Shown piece by piece: positions 1-10,679 of a DNA stretch of 64,000 bases. Position numbers and translations under genes: made by a program. The DNA comes from Methanobacteriota archaeon. Lineage in GTDB: Archaea; Halobacteriota; Bog-38; Methanoflorentales; Methanoflorentaceae. Under the pieces are notes generated by a model that saw only the letters and a program-made list of their open reading frames with translations, ran no database searches and was not told the DNA's origin. Within the stretch, counting starts at the first letter, position 1. Every line of letters begins with the position of its first letter. The stretch spans positions 1,312,001 through 1,376,000 of the forward strand of contig OY970393.1 in the NCBI GenBank assembly GCA_963720465.1. The letters run 5' to 3'.

Positions 1-50
1 CGTTCGAGGGACGTTATTAATGATGCGATTTAGGTCGCGCACGCGAGGTG

Positions 51-749
51 TCAGCTGAGTATCCGCTTGGCCGCTTCTTCGTACGCCGTTATCAAATCGC
101 CGCGCTCGTAACGGAAAACGTCCTTATCAACCGATTCGCCCGAATCCTTCAGCCACAGGCGACAGGTATCGCAGCTTATCTCATCGGCAACGAGGATCTT
201 CCCGTCCCGTCCCTTCCCAAACTCCAGCTTAAAGTCCGGAAGCAGCAGCCCTCGCCGATTCAGATGCTCCCGTAAGATCGTGTTCACGCGTAGCGTCAGC
301 TCACGAATGGTCGCCAGCTCCTTCTCGGTTGCGAGGCGTAACGCGCGTATGAGGTCGTCGTTGAGCATCGGATCGCCATAAGCGTCAGACTTGAAGTCGA
401 TAACGAGCACCGGAGGGATGAACTTCTGCCCTTCCTTGACGGGATACCGCCGCACGATTGATCCCGCAGCGATGTTTCGAGCGATGATTTCGAGCGGTAT
501 GATGTCCACCGCTTTTACGAGCATCCGCGTATCGTCCACCATACCTTTGTAGTGCGTCGCGATCCCTCGCTGCTCCAGAAGCTGAAAGAGCCGTGCGGAA
601 ATTCGCGCGTTGAAGTAGCCTTTCTGCGGCACTGTCCGCTTCCGTTTCCCGTTGAAGGCCGTGATGTCATCGCGAAACTCGATGATGTACTCCTCGGCGT
701 TCTCGGTGCGGTACACGGTTTTTGCTTTACCAATGTGAACGACATCCAT
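51..749 (-). CDS. purC: Phosphoribosylaminoimidazole-succinocarboxamide synthase
   Basis: Motifs GKAKTVY, FRDDITAFNG, PLEIIARN, DFKLEFG, DEISCDTCRLW, DKDVFR. Start moved to ATG 749, just after the cofG stop. Confidence 0.95.
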   Translation of the reverse strand: MDVVHIGKAKTVYRTENAEEYIIEFRDDITAFNGKRKRTVPQKGYFNARISARLFQLLEQRGIATHYKGMVDDTRMLVKAVDIIPLEIIARNIAAGSIVRRYPVKEGQKFIPPVLVIDFKSDAYGDPMLNDDLIRALRLATEKELATIRELTLRVNTILREHLNRRGLLLPDFKLEFGKGRDGKILVADEISCDTCRLWLKDSGESVDKDVFRYERGDLITAYEEAAKRILS

Positions 750-753
750 CGCG

Positions 754-1839
754 TCACCCGGCCATTGTCTCGCCTGTCTTTTTTCGTCGGAACCCGCGCT
801 CGTCAGCCAGCTTCCCGATGAGCGGAGCGAGCGCCTCGCTGTACCATCCGGCACGCACGTACTGGGGGTAGATCGGCAACCTCTCGGTCAGTGCAATGCC
901 GAGGTTCGCCACATCCGGCCAAGCGTGCTCTGGATTAATGTAGTCGACCGTCACGGTCGAAATCCCGCCGAGGTCGGACGCCCCCGCGCCGAGAAGCGGG
1001 GCCACCTCAGTGAGGTTGGGTGGCACTTGAACTGCGACATCATCGGGGAGGAGATGACGCGCCAGCGCGACTGTGCGGAGGAGCACCTCGCGACTCGGGC
1101 TGGGAACGTCTGCCATCCGCGTGCCCGGCTTCGGCACGAACGGCTGGATGATGACCTCTTGAAGGTGCCGGTATTTGTGCTGCAGCTCCGTGAGGAGTTC
1201 GAGCGAGCGGACGCGATCGCCCCAGTCTTCTCCTATGCCGATGAGGAGACCTGTGGTAAACGGAATGTGGAGCTTACCCGCATCCTCAATAGTCCAGAGC
1301 CGGAGCTCGGGCTCTTTGCCAGCACAGCCCTGGTGCGCGTCCACAGAGGCCGTCGTCTCGAGCATGAGTCCCAGGCTCGCATTCACAGGTTTCAGCCGCT
1401 CGAGCTCGTCAAAGGTGAGAATGCCCGGATTGCTGTGCGGGAGCAGTCCGGCGCGAATTGCCATGGTGCAGAGGTCATAGAGATAATCAAGAAAGCTGTC
1501 GTAGCCGAGCCTCCGGAGCTTCTCGATAAAGCCGGCGACCTCATACGGACGTTCGCCAAAGGTGAGCAGAGCCTCGGTGCAATCCGCATCCTTAGCCTGC
1601 TGCAGTAGGGTCTCCACCTCTGCTGGAGCCATCAGCCGTGCCTCAGCGTCGCCGATGTCCCGCCGGAACCCACAATAGCCACACGCGTTGCGACAGATGT
1701 TGGTGATAGGAACGAAGACATTGCGCGAGAACGTGACGCGTGCCGGAAGGGCAAACGAGAGCGTCTCTAAAGGCCCACCAACGATGTCTGCGATGCTCAT
1801 GTGCTCAAGCGACATAAAAAGCGAGGCCGTTTTTACCAC
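754..1839 (-). CDS. cofG: FO synthase subunit CofG (radical SAM)
   Basis: VTFSRNVFVPITNICRNACGYCGF (CxxxCxxC), LLPHSNPG, SLGLMLET, FTTGLLIGIGE, QVPPNL, DLGGIS, DYINPEHAWP. Start position uncertain. Confidence 0.93.
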   Translation of the reverse strand: MVKTASLFMSLEHMSIADIVGGPLETLSFALPARVTFSRNVFVPITNICRNACGYCGFRRDIGDAEARLMAPAEVETLLQQAKDADCTEALLTFGERPYEVAGFIEKLRRLGYDSFLDYLYDLCTMAIRAGLLPHSNPGILTFDELERLKPVNASLGLMLETTASVDAHQGCAGKEPELRLWTIEDAGKLHIPFTTGLLIGIGEDWGDRVRSLELLTELQHKYRHLQEVIIQPFVPKPGTRMADVPSPSREVLLRTVALARHLLPDDVAVQVPPNLTEVAPLLGAGASDLGGISTVTVDYINPEHAWPDVANLGIALTERLPIYPQYVRAGWYSEALAPLIGKLADERGFRRKKTGETMAG

Positions 1840-1894
1840 TACATGGCCGCGGTAATATATAAATAACGGGGACGCTTACGCCACCGGTGAAGCG

Positions 1895-2518
1895 ATGATG
1901 ACAACGGCAAAAGCGGTGGTGCCGTTTAAGACGCGCGGAGCGAAGACCCGTCTCGCGCCATTTCTGTCCCCCAAAGAACGCATGGCCTTCTCAAAGGCGA
2001 TGCTGCACGACGTGCTCCGCGGCTTGAAAGGCATCGACGTGACGATTCTGGCGACTGAGGACTTTGATCCTGAGTGCGACTGGGCGCACGTGGAGCTCAA
2101 CCGCCGCGACCTGAACACCGCCATAAACGCTTACATCGGGCACGTGCGAGAGCCGACTCTCATCGTGATGTCAGACATCCCGCTTATCCAAGAGTGGCAC
2201 GTGCGCGAGATGTACTCGGAGGGCGTGACGCTCGTCCCGGGGCGCGGCGGTGGCACCAACGCGATCTTCATGCGCGACCCCTCCCGCTTCAAGGTCGATT
2301 TTTACGAAGTGAGCTTCCTAAAGCACGTGGCAATCGCCAAAGAGCGCGGGCTTCCTTTAAAGGTTCTCGACTCGTTCTTTATGAGTACCGATATCGACAA
2401 ACCTGATGATTTGGCCGAGGTGCTCATCCACTGCCCCGGTGACTCGTGCGCGTACCTGCGCTCAATCGGTGTGCGGCTGAGCTACAGCAAGAGCCGCATT
2501 GGCGTAGAGCGAGGCTAG
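1895..2518 (+). CDS. cofC: 2-phospho-L-lactate/PEP guanylyltransferase CofC
   Basis: AVVPFK..AKTRLA, MSDIPLI, GRGGGTNA, DIDKPDDL; divergent from cofG. Confidence 0.93.
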   Translation: MMTTAKAVVPFKTRGAKTRLAPFLSPKERMAFSKAMLHDVLRGLKGIDVTILATEDFDPECDWAHVELNRRDLNTAINAYIGHVREPTLIVMSDIPLIQEWHVREMYSEGVTLVPGRGGGTNAIFMRDPSRFKVDFYEVSFLKHVAIAKERGLPLKVLDSFFMSTDIDKPDDLAEVLIHCPGDSCAYLRSIGVRLSYSKSRIGVERG

Positions 2519-2559
2519 CGGCGCCGAGACAAGGCTCTGCAGCCGAAAAAAGCGCACGG

Positions 2560-3474
2560 CTAGAAAGCGGGCGTCAGCCACTGCGAGTAGCGCGGCTCGT
2601 TGCCGCGCGCCGCATTAAAGTACGCCTCCTTTAGCTCGTGCGTTATCGCGCCGACCGCGCCGTCGCCGATGACGATGCCGTCGACGCTCGTTATGGGGGC
2701 CACCTCTCCAGCAGTCCCGGTGAAGAAGAGCTCATCTGTGGAGTAGAGCTCAGATCGGCTTATCGTTCGCTCCACTACCTTGTAGCCACGATCCGCGCAG
2801 AGCGTTATGATTGCATCGCGGGTAATCCCCTCGAGGATGTCATCTGAAACCGGAGGCGTCAGAACGGTACCGTTGCGCACGAGAAAAACGTTCTCACCGC
2901 TCCCTTCGGAGACGAAGCCGTCTTTAGTTAGAAGTATGGCTTCATCGTATCCGTTTTGGACCGCTTCGACCTTTGCTAGCACGCTGTTTACATATGCTCC
3001 GGCGAACTTGCCCGTCGGAGGAAGCGAATTGTCTGAAAGGCGGGCCCACGAGCTTACACAGACCTTGAGGCCCGCGTCGATGTCGTCGAAGTACTTGCCC
3101 ATCGGTTCAACGTAGATGGCATAATCGTTTGACCTGCCGTACAGGTACAGGCCGACCGTGCCGGCCCCCCAATAGACAATCGGTCGTATATAGACGTCCT
3201 CTTGGAGCGCGTTTTGGCGCACCACGTCAACGATGGCATCAGCGAATTCCTGCTTAGTGAGGGGAATACTGAGCCTGAGCACGCGCATGTTGCGGTAGAG
3301 CCGCTCCACGTGCTCCGTCAGTCGAACGATGAAGCTTTGCCGTTTCTCATCATTGTGATAGCCCCGTATTCCCTCGAATACGGCGGTGCCATAATGGAGG
3401 GCGTGCGTGCTTATGTGGACGGTGGCTTCGCTCCACGCCACGTACGCCCCGTTCATCAGAACTTTGCGACTCAT
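2560..3474 (-). CDS. ilvE: Branched-chain amino acid aminotransferase (class IV)
   Basis: HALHYGTAVFEGIR, YIRP, GYDEAILL, SEGSGENVF, ILEGITR, ELFFTGTAGEVAP. Confidence 0.95.
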   Translation of the reverse strand: MSRKVLMNGAYVAWSEATVHISTHALHYGTAVFEGIRGYHNDEKRQSFIVRLTEHVERLYRNMRVLRLSIPLTKQEFADAIVDVVRQNALQEDVYIRPIVYWGAGTVGLYLYGRSNDYAIYVEPMGKYFDDIDAGLKVCVSSWARLSDNSLPPTGKFAGAYVNSVLAKVEAVQNGYDEAILLTKDGFVSEGSGENVFLVRNGTVLTPPVSDDILEGITRDAIITLCADRGYKVVERTISRSELYSTDELFFTGTAGEVAPITSVDGIVIGDGAVGAITHELKEAYFNAARGNEPRYSQWLTPAF

Positions 3475-3578
3475 TCAAGACTCCTTTTGCAAACGATCGC
3501 CGGCATTTGGCTTGGTGCTTCTCCAATGCGCAACTACCCATTTAAACCTTTTTTTCCCGTGCGCGCCTATCAGATCAG

Positions 3579-3585
3579 TTATATA
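3579..3585 (+). promoter_or_regulatory. TATA box of tRNA-Arg
   Basis: TTATATA about 25 nt upstream of the tRNA 5' end. Confidence 0.6.
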
Positions 3586-3609
3586 CCTGCCACGCAACTA
3601 GTAGTGCAC

Positions 3610-3683
3610 GGGCCTGTAGTATAGTCTGGATAGCACAGCGGCCTCCGGAGCCTCAAACCCGGGTTCAAATCCCGGCAGGCCCG
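3610..3683 (+). tRNA. tRNA-Arg (anticodon CCG)
   Basis: Acceptor stem GGGCCTG/CAGGCCC, T-arm CCGGG-TTCAAAT-CCCGG, anticodon loop CTCCGGA (CCG at 3645-3647); CCA not encoded. Confidence 0.93.
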
Positions 3684-3764
3684 CTCTTACTCGCGGCGCC
3701 AGCGATTTTGGCCATCCGCGGCTGGACAGCGCCCGAATTTTTCGTCCGAGCTCGTCGCGCGAAG

Positions 3765-4472
3765 CTACACGCGCTTAGTCGAACCGTTGCTCTGTCTCAT
3801 GCTTTCGAGGACACGACGCCTCGCTTCAAGCTTCAGCACGTTAAACGGGACGTTGCAGAAGGGAAACAGTCGGATCTCCGTTATGTCGCGCGTTTTACGG
3901 TCGACGATGAACGGGAACTCCACGCAGACTGCGGGTCTATCGGCATAGACCCGGCATCGGCCGTCCTCTCCGAGAAACGCGCACGGCTGAGCTTTTTTTA
4001 GCGCGTGCGTATAACGGCGGTCGTGATCATCGGCGTACGATACGCAGTGCTGCGCGACAAACTCGTCGAGCGACAGTTCAAGGTGCACGCGCAAGCGCTC
4101 CACATCATCAGACGTCAGCCTGATGATGTCAAAGTAGCAACAGCCCGGCAACGAACAGTCAGCGCACAAGTGTCGCGACGAATGATCGTTCGCACGAAGA
4201 TCGCAGAGCAGTCGTTCGGGTGACAACGAAAAGTGCCATCCCCATTCACGTTCGCTGATGATCTCATCAACCACGCCGAGTATACATTCGCTAGCGGGTC
4301 CCTCTGGCACGTTAAGCCCCTCTATCACCTTTGCCGTGAGCGTGCGCCGCAGATCGTCCTTTCGTCCGGGCTCAAAAAGACTGCCGTACGACTCATTCGC
4401 TGCAGCGCCGCGAGACGCACGGTATTTGGCCAGATGACCTCTGTCACCCACTCGTTGCCGAATCTTCACCAC
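3765..4472 (-). CDS. YkgJ-family Cys-cluster (Zn/Fe) protein
   Basis: CADC..PGCC, PCAFL..GRCRVYADRPAVCVEFPF. Confidence 0.8.
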   Translation of the reverse strand: MVKIRQRVGDRGHLAKYRASRGAAANESYGSLFEPGRKDDLRRTLTAKVIEGLNVPEGPASECILGVVDEIISEREWGWHFSLSPERLLCDLRANDHSSRHLCADCSLPGCCYFDIIRLTSDDVERLRVHLELSLDEFVAQHCVSYADDHDRRYTHALKKAQPCAFLGEDGRCRVYADRPAVCVEFPFIVDRKTRDITEIRLFPFCNVPFNVLKLEARRRVLESMRQSNGSTKRV

Positions 4473-4654
4473 GTACTCATCGCTCCGCGATATCTGTGGT
4501 CACGGTCTTTCACAGCACCCATATAGAGCTTCCCACGCAGTCGGGTCAGCAGGGAGAGATGAATGCGTGCCTCGCGCAGAGTCCCCCCAACGAAGGCTAG
4601 CTGAAGCCCCTTTTTCGTAAGAAACCTATTAATGCTAGGATGCGCTCTTGTAGA

Positions 4655-5716
4655 ATGATGTCAGATAAGTTAGACGGCATGCGGAACTTGCTTGAGCGCC
4701 TGTCAAATGCCCACGGCGTTTCCGGGCACGAAGGGAGCTCCCGCGACATACTCACGCACGAACTCACGCCCTACGTCGATGAGATCAAGATTGACGCGTT
4801 CGGCAATCTGATCGCCACAAAATCAGGAGAAGGACCTTCCGTAATGCTTTCTGCGCACACGGATGAGGTAGGCCTTTCCGCCAAGTACATTGACGAAAAT
4901 GGGTTCATCTACTTCATCGGTATCGGCGGTTGGTTCGACCAAACGCTGTTAAACCAGCGCGTGCGACTCCACGGAACAAAAGGCGATATTCCGGGAGTGA
5001 TCGGTTCGAAGCCTCCACATATTCTCGAGGAGGACGAAAAGAAAAAACCAATCCCGATAAAGGACATGTTTATCGACATCGGTGCCACGAGCGCCGAGGA
5101 CGTCGAAGGCCTTGGCGTGAGAATCGGCACGCCTATTACAATCGATCGCCAGTTTACTCCGCTTTCGAACAACTTCGTTACGGGAAAGGCGCTCGACGAT
5201 CGGGCCGGATGCGCGATGATGATCGAGGCCATGAAACGAACCAAGGCGACGACCGCCGTGTTCGCGGTCGGTTCGACGCAAGAGGAGGTCGGCTTGAAGG
5301 GTGCCAAAACGGCATCATTTGGGCTGAATCCCGACGTTGCCATCGCCACAGAGACCAACATAGCGGGGGACCACCCAGGCATCGAAAAGAAGATGGCGCA
5401 CTTGGAGCTCGGCAAGGGCCCCTCTGTCACCGTCGTCGACGGGGGTGGGCGTGGCCTCATCACCCCCGACTCGGTGCTTCGCTGGATCGAAGGGACGGCT
5501 GAGAAGGCGCGGATCGCGTACCAGCGCGACGTCAGCTCAGGCGGCACCACAGACGCAACGGCGATCAACCTCACGCGGGCGGGGGTCCCCGCCGGCGTCG
5601 TCAGCGTCGTCACGCGATACCTCCATACCCCCGTCGAGGTGCTCAACCTGGAAGATCTCGACGACGCCGCCGAACTGGTCGCCCGCATGCTCGAGACCGT
5701 TGCGGACTACTTTTGA
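4655..5716 (+). CDS. M42 family aminopeptidase (TET-like)
   Basis: GVSGHE, SAHTDEVG, GKALDDRAG, QEEVGLKGA, GGTTDA, RYLHTPVE. Confidence 0.93.
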   Translation: MMSDKLDGMRNLLERLSNAHGVSGHEGSSRDILTHELTPYVDEIKIDAFGNLIATKSGEGPSVMLSAHTDEVGLSAKYIDENGFIYFIGIGGWFDQTLLNQRVRLHGTKGDIPGVIGSKPPHILEEDEKKKPIPIKDMFIDIGATSAEDVEGLGVRIGTPITIDRQFTPLSNNFVTGKALDDRAGCAMMIEAMKRTKATTAVFAVGSTQEEVGLKGAKTASFGLNPDVAIATETNIAGDHPGIEKKMAHLELGKGPSVTVVDGGGRGLITPDSVLRWIEGTAEKARIAYQRDVSSGGTTDATAINLTRAGVPAGVVSVVTRYLHTPVEVLNLEDLDDAAELVARMLETVADYF

Positions 5717-5761
5717 CGCTCCAAAGCGTTCAACGGGGCCGAAACTCGCGCGCGTGAGAGC

Positions 5762-5770
5762 TTTTATATA
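5762..5770 (+). promoter_or_regulatory. TATA box of the cimA-ilvB-ilvH operon
   Basis: TTTTATATA about 28 nt upstream of GTG 5798 and 37 nt upstream of GTG 5807. Confidence 0.6.
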
Positions 5771-5806
5771 GTTACGCCTTCCATTGAGAGCAAGGAAGTG
5801 ACTACC

Positions 5807-5827
5807 GTGAGGGATCGCTTTATTTAA
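5807..5827 (+). promoter_or_regulatory. Short leader ORF MRDRFI* with candidate +1 frameshift site (TTT ATT TAA C)
   Basis: GTG AGG GAT CGC TTT ATT TAA, preceded by SD-like AAGGAAGTGA; an in-frame GTG also lies at 5798. Its +1 frame is the CimA frame. Confidence 0.6.
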
Positions 5828-7295
5828 CGACATTAAGTTTTTCGACACGACGCTGCGCGATGGAGAGCAAACCCCTGGTGTGTCGCTCACTGCCGAGAAG
5901 AAACTGTGGATTGCTAAGGCCCTAGACAAACTCGGCGTGGACGTTATCGAAGCGGGATCCGCGGTCACGTCGGAAGGCGAGCGAACCGCCATCAAAGCGG
6001 TCGCCCATGAAGGATTGCGCCCCGAGATATGCAGCTTCTCGCGCGCCCTTCGGGGGGATATCGACTACTGCCTCGAATGCGACGTCGACTCGGTGCACCT
6101 CGTCGTGCCCGTGTCGGATTTGCACATCGAAAAAAAACTGCGGAAGGATCGCGACGCCGTGCTGCGCATGGCCGTGGATACGACGGAATACGCCACTGAG
6201 CACGGACTCATAGTGGAACTCAGTGCCGAAGACGCGTCACGAGCGGACGGCGATTTTCTGCGCGAGTTCTACCGTCAAGGCGTCGCCGCAGGCGCTAAGC
6301 GGCTCTGCTACTGCGACACTGTTGGTGTGCTCATCCCCGATCGCACAGCCGCACAGTTTGCTGGCCTCGCGGCGATAGCACCACTAAGCATCCATTGCCA
6401 CGACGATTTTGGCCTCGCAACGGCGAATTCCATCGCGGCCCTAGGTGCCGGCGCGACGCAGGTGCACGTGACGGTGAACGGTCTAGGTGAGCGTGCAGGA
6501 AACGCGTCGCTCGAAGAGCTCGTGATGACGCTCGAGTCATTGTATGGCTATACGACGCGCATCAAGACGACCGAGCTCTACCCCATTTCGAGGCTCGTGA
6601 GCAGGCTTACGGGCGTGCCCGTTGCCCAGAACAAACCCATTGTCGGAGAGAACGCATTTACGCACGAGTCAGGCATCCACACCCACGGGCTGCTGGCAGA
6701 TACACGGACGTACGAGCCGATCACCCCCGAGATGGTAGGACGAGAGCGGCGGATTGTGCTCGGAAAACACGCAGGCAGCGCGTCGGTGCACCTCGCGCTG
6801 AAGGAGCTCGGTCTCGACGCGGACGATGAGCAACTGAGCGATATACTGAAACGAATCAAGGAGCTGGGCGACAAGGGAAAACGCGTTACCGACGCTGACC
6901 TACAAGCCATTGCCGATGCGGTGCTCGAGATCAATCGCGAAGCGCGCATAAAGCTGCAAGAGCTGACGGTCGTGTCGGGAAACATCGTTACCCCGACGTC
7001 GTCAATCAAGCTCTCGGTCGACGATCAAGAGGTCGTCGAAGCGGGAATCGGTCTCGGGCCGGTTGACGCCGCGATAAACGCGTTAAGAAAGGCGATAGGA
7101 AAGCTTGCGGACATAACGCTCGAGGAGTACCACGTTGATGCCATCACCGGCGGCACCGACGCACTGGTCGAGGTGTGGGTGAAGCTCAGCCGAGACGGTC
7201 ACGTCATCACAGCGCGCGGCGCGCGCGCCGACATCATCATAGCGTCAGTTGAAGCGGTCATTGAAGGCGTAAACAGGTTACTAACGTTAAAATGA
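5807..7295 (+). CDS. cimA: (R)-citramalate synthase-like (LeuA/CimA family); true N-terminus needs a frameshift or a non-canonical start
   Basis: [15 protein letters not shown] lies upstream of the track start at 5880. Also [29 protein letters not shown] and a regulatory domain (GPVDAA). [13 protein letters not shown] resembles the archaeal CimA clade. First gene of the ilvBH operon. Confidence 0.8.
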
Positions 7296-7308
7296 TAGGT
7301 GAGATGCA

Positions 7309-8982
7309 ATGAACCTGAGCGGTGCCAAGGCACTTATGAAAAGTCTCGAATGCGAACACGTGGATACGATTTTCGGCATCCCTGGAGGCGTCGTCATACC
7401 CATCTACGACGAACTCTTTAATCAAGATGCCATTACGCACTACCTCGTGCGCCACGAACAAGCAGCCGCCCACGCGGCGGATGGCTACGCACGAGCAACC
7501 GGGAAAGTAGGTGTGTGCATGGCTACCTCCGGTCCCGGAGCCACGAACCTCGTCACGGGAATCGCGACCGCCTACATGGATAGCGTGCCCCTCGTCGCGC
7601 TCACGGGTCAGGTGACCACTGATCTCATCGGCAACGACGCCTTTCAAGAGGCCAATATTACGGGCATCACACTCCCGATCACGAAGCACAGCTACTTGGT
7701 TCACGAAGCGAGCGAGATTCCACAGACGATAAAAGAGGCATTTCATATCGCATCCACCGGTCGACCAGGCCCCGTCTTGGTCGATATCCCAAAAGACGTG
7801 CAGACGATGACTGCCCGGTTTGAGTATCCGAAAAAGGTGCACCTGCCCGGGTATCAGCCGACCTACGAAGGACACCCCGGTCAGATCAAGCGCGCGGCGA
7901 AGGCTATTACCGAGGCTCACCGCCCCGTAATCTACGTCGGGGGCGGCGCCAAGATCAGCGGGGCTTCCGAAGAAGTCCGTGCGCTCGCCGAAACTATCGT
8001 GGCGCCTGTGACGATGACGCTTATGGGCATGGGAACATTGCCCGCTGAACATCCACTGTCGCTGGGGATGCTCGGCATGCACGGAACAAAGTACGCGAAC
8101 TACGCCGTTACCGAATCAGACCTGATCATCGCGATCGGTGCGCGCTTCGACGATCGCGTAACGGGCAAAATCGCGAGCTTTGCCCCCAACGCGAAAATCA
8201 TTCACATCGACATCGATCCAGCCGAGATCGGCAAGAACGTCAGAGTCGACATACCGATCGTCGGCGACGTGAAGCGGGTGCTCCAAAAACTGATCCCGCT
8301 TCTCAAGGATACGCGCACAAAAGAGTGGATGGAAAAGGTGCAAACGTGGAAGCGCGAGTACCCGCTTGAATTCGGCGAGACAGGCTTAAAGCCACAGTAC
8401 ATCGTACGAGAGATAAGCAGACTGTGCCCAGATGCGGTCGTGTGCACCGAAGTCGGGCAACATCAGATGTGGGCTGCGCAATACTTTAGCCACCGCCACC
8501 CGCAAAACTTCATCTCTTCCGGAGGCTTGGGAACGATGGGGTACGGGTTCCCCGCGTCCATCGGAGCGAAGATCGGTCGGCCCGACGAGACTGTCTTTGA
8601 CCTTGCCGGTGACGGGAGCTTCACCATGAACTGCCAAGAGCTTGCCACAGCAGTCGCCTACGACGTCCAGGTCAAGGTTGCGATCTTCAATAACGGCTAC
8701 CTGGGTATGGTAAGGCAATGGCAAGAGCTATTCTACGACCGTCGGTACTCCCAGACGAAGCTCTCCGAGATCAACTTCGTGAAGCTCGCCGACGCGTTCG
8801 GCGCTCACGGAATACGCGTGGACTCGCCGAGCGAAGTAGCGCCCGCCATCGAAGAGGCGCTTGCGGTGCCAAAGCCTGTAATCATCGACTTCAGAATCGA
8901 ACCAGAGGAGTGCGTATTCCCCATGGTTCCAGCAGGAGCGGCGCTTAACGAAATAATCGATGCAAAGAACGGGAGGGTGTAG
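7309..8982 (+). CDS. ilvB: Acetolactate/acetohydroxyacid synthase large subunit
   Basis: [59 protein letters not shown]. Confidence 0.96.
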   Translation: MNLSGAKALMKSLECEHVDTIFGIPGGVVIPIYDELFNQDAITHYLVRHEQAAAHAADGYARATGKVGVCMATSGPGATNLVTGIATAYMDSVPLVALTGQVTTDLIGNDAFQEANITGITLPITKHSYLVHEASEIPQTIKEAFHIASTGRPGPVLVDIPKDVQTMTARFEYPKKVHLPGYQPTYEGHPGQIKRAAKAITEAHRPVIYVGGGAKISGASEEVRALAETIVAPVTMTLMGMGTLPAEHPLSLGMLGMHGTKYANYAVTESDLIIAIGARFDDRVTGKIASFAPNAKIIHIDIDPAEIGKNVRVDIPIVGDVKRVLQKLIPLLKDTRTKEWMEKVQTWKREYPLEFGETGLKPQYIVREISRLCPDAVVCTEVGQHQMWAAQYFSHRHPQNFISSGGLGTMGYGFPASIGAKIGRPDETVFDLAGDGSFTMNCQELATAVAYDVQVKVAIFNNGYLGMVRQWQELFYDRRYSQTKLSEINFVKLADAFGAHGIRVDSPSEVAPAIEEALAVPKPVIIDFRIEPEECVFPMVPAGAALNEIIDAKNGRV

Positions 8983-8985
8983 CGG

Positions 8986-9486
8986 ATGAAACACACCGTA
9001 TCTGTCCTCGTTCAAAATAAGCCCGGCGTGCTCGCGCGAACCGCCGGTCTTTTCAGCAGGCGAGGCTACAACATCGAGAGCCTGACCGTCGGCGTTACCG
9101 AAAACGAAGCCGTTTCGCGTATGACGATCGTTGTGGCCGGCGACGATACCGTGGTCGAACAAGTCACCAAGCAGCTCAACAAGCTCATCGAGGTCATCAA
9201 GGTAAGCGATCTCACCAAAGAGTCGTACGTGGACCGAGAGCTGGTGCTCATAAAAGTCACTGCCGACAGCTCAAATCGTGCAGAGATTATGCAGATCGTC
9301 AACATCTTCCGGGCGCGAATCGTCGACGTGGCGCCCAAGAGCCTCATCATCGAGGTAACTGGTGATGAGGGAAAACTGGAGGCGCTTATTGGTATGCTCA
9401 AACAATTCGGCATCAAGGAGATCGTAAGGACGGGCACGCTAGCTCTAGGGCGAGGACCTAAGGTGATACAAAGCGGCAAAGGCTAG
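8986..9486 (+). CDS. ilvH: Acetolactate synthase small (ACT) subunit
   Basis: [41 protein letters not shown]. Confidence 0.95.
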   Translation: MKHTVSVLVQNKPGVLARTAGLFSRRGYNIESLTVGVTENEAVSRMTIVVAGDDTVVEQVTKQLNKLIEVIKVSDLTKESYVDRELVLIKVTADSSNRAEIMQIVNIFRARIVDVAPKSLIIEVTGDEGKLEALIGMLKQFGIKEIVRTGTLALGRGPKVIQSGKG

Positions 9487-9692
9487 AGCGGGCGCTGTGA
9501 CTGGCGCTGTGACTAAAAGATGCCGAGCAACGGAAACCGCTAAAGCGCAGCGCGACATCACCTCCGGTAGAGGGTGAGGGATGCGCTGCCGGGATCGGTC
9601 TCAACGCGGACGACACACGATCGTGACGCCACAAGCTTTTTTATGCAGCTCATAAACTAAGAGACGATTGATGGAAAATGGAGGGGTGATAT

Positions 9693-10679
9693 ATGGTTCA
9701 AATGTTTTATAATGAAGACGCTGACCTGAAACATCTAAGCGACAAGAAAATCGCAATCATCGGTTACGGCAGCCAGGGACACGCCCAAGCACAAAACCTC
9801 AAGGACTCGGGACTAGATGTTCTCATCGGTCTGCGCAAGGGGGGATCGTGGGATCAGGCGCTAAAAGACGGTTTTGAAGTGCTCAGCGTCGCAGAGGCGG
9901 CAAATCGCGGAGACATCGTGCAACTGCTCCTGCCCGACGAACGCCAGGCGGCTGTGTATAAGGCTGAAATTGAACCGCAGCTCCAAGAGGGGAACGTGCT
10001 ATCATTTTCCCACGGCTTCAACATTCACTACAACCAGATCGTTCCCCCGGCATATGTGGACGTATTTATGGTTGCGCCTAAAGGTCCAGGTCACCTCGTA
10101 CGGCGCATCTACACCCAAGGTGAGGGCGTCCCAGCACTGCTGGCCGTGTACCAAGACTACACGGGTAACGCGTTCCAGACGGCGCTCGCGTATGCCAAGG
10201 GCATCGGCGCCACGCGAGCCGGCGTGCTAGAGACGTCGTTTAAAGAGGAAACGGAGACCGACCTCTTCGGGGAACAAGCCGTTCTCTGCGGCGGAACCAC
10301 TGCACTCATCAAAGCCGGCTTTGAAACGCTCGTCGAAGCAGGCTACAAGCCTGAAATCGCGTATTTCGAGTGTCTGCACGAATTGAAGCTCATCGTCGAC
10401 CTTATCCACGAAGGCGGGCTCTCGTGGATGCGCCATTCAATCAGTGACACAGCAGAATACGGCGATCTCACTAGAGGTGAGCGCATTATCACCAATGCGA
10501 CACGCGAAGCCATGAAGGGGCTGCTCAAGGACATTCAAACGGGAGAGTTCGCACGCGAATGGATACTTGAGAATCAAGCCCACCGCCCCGTGTATAACGC
10601 GCTCACCCAACGAGAGCGGGAGCACCCCATAGAAACGGTAGGCGCAAAGCTTCGCGCGATGATGACGTGGCTCAAGTGA
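9693..10679 (+). CDS. ilvC: Ketol-acid reductoisomerase
   Basis: [54 protein letters not shown]. Confidence 0.97.
   Translation: MVQMFYNEDADLKHLSDKKIAIIGYGSQGHAQAQNLKDSGLDVLIGLRKGGSWDQALKDGFEVLSVAEAANRGDIVQLLLPDERQAAVYKAEIEPQLQEGNVLSFSHGFNIHYNQIVPPAYVDVFMVAPKGPGHLVRRIYTQGEGVPALLAVYQDYTGNAFQTALAYAKGIGATRAGVLETSFKEETETDLFGEQAVLCGGTTALIKAGFETLVEAGYKPEIAYFECLHELKLIVDLIHEGGLSWMRHSISDTAEYGDLTRGERIITNATREAMKGLLKDIQTGEFAREWILENQAHRPVYNALTQREREHPIETVGAKLRAMMTWLK

Noticed and set aside
3684-4560. tRNA-anchored genomic island
   Set aside because: No integrase seen and no duplicated tRNA 3' end (att site) noticed in the window.
5880-7295. ORF-track start of cimA at GTG 5880
   Set aside because: It would remove the catalytic DTTLRDGEQ motif encoded in frame just upstream.
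9491-9514. GGCGCTGTGACT x2 after ilvH
   Set aside because: Short slippage-type duplication with no evidence of function.
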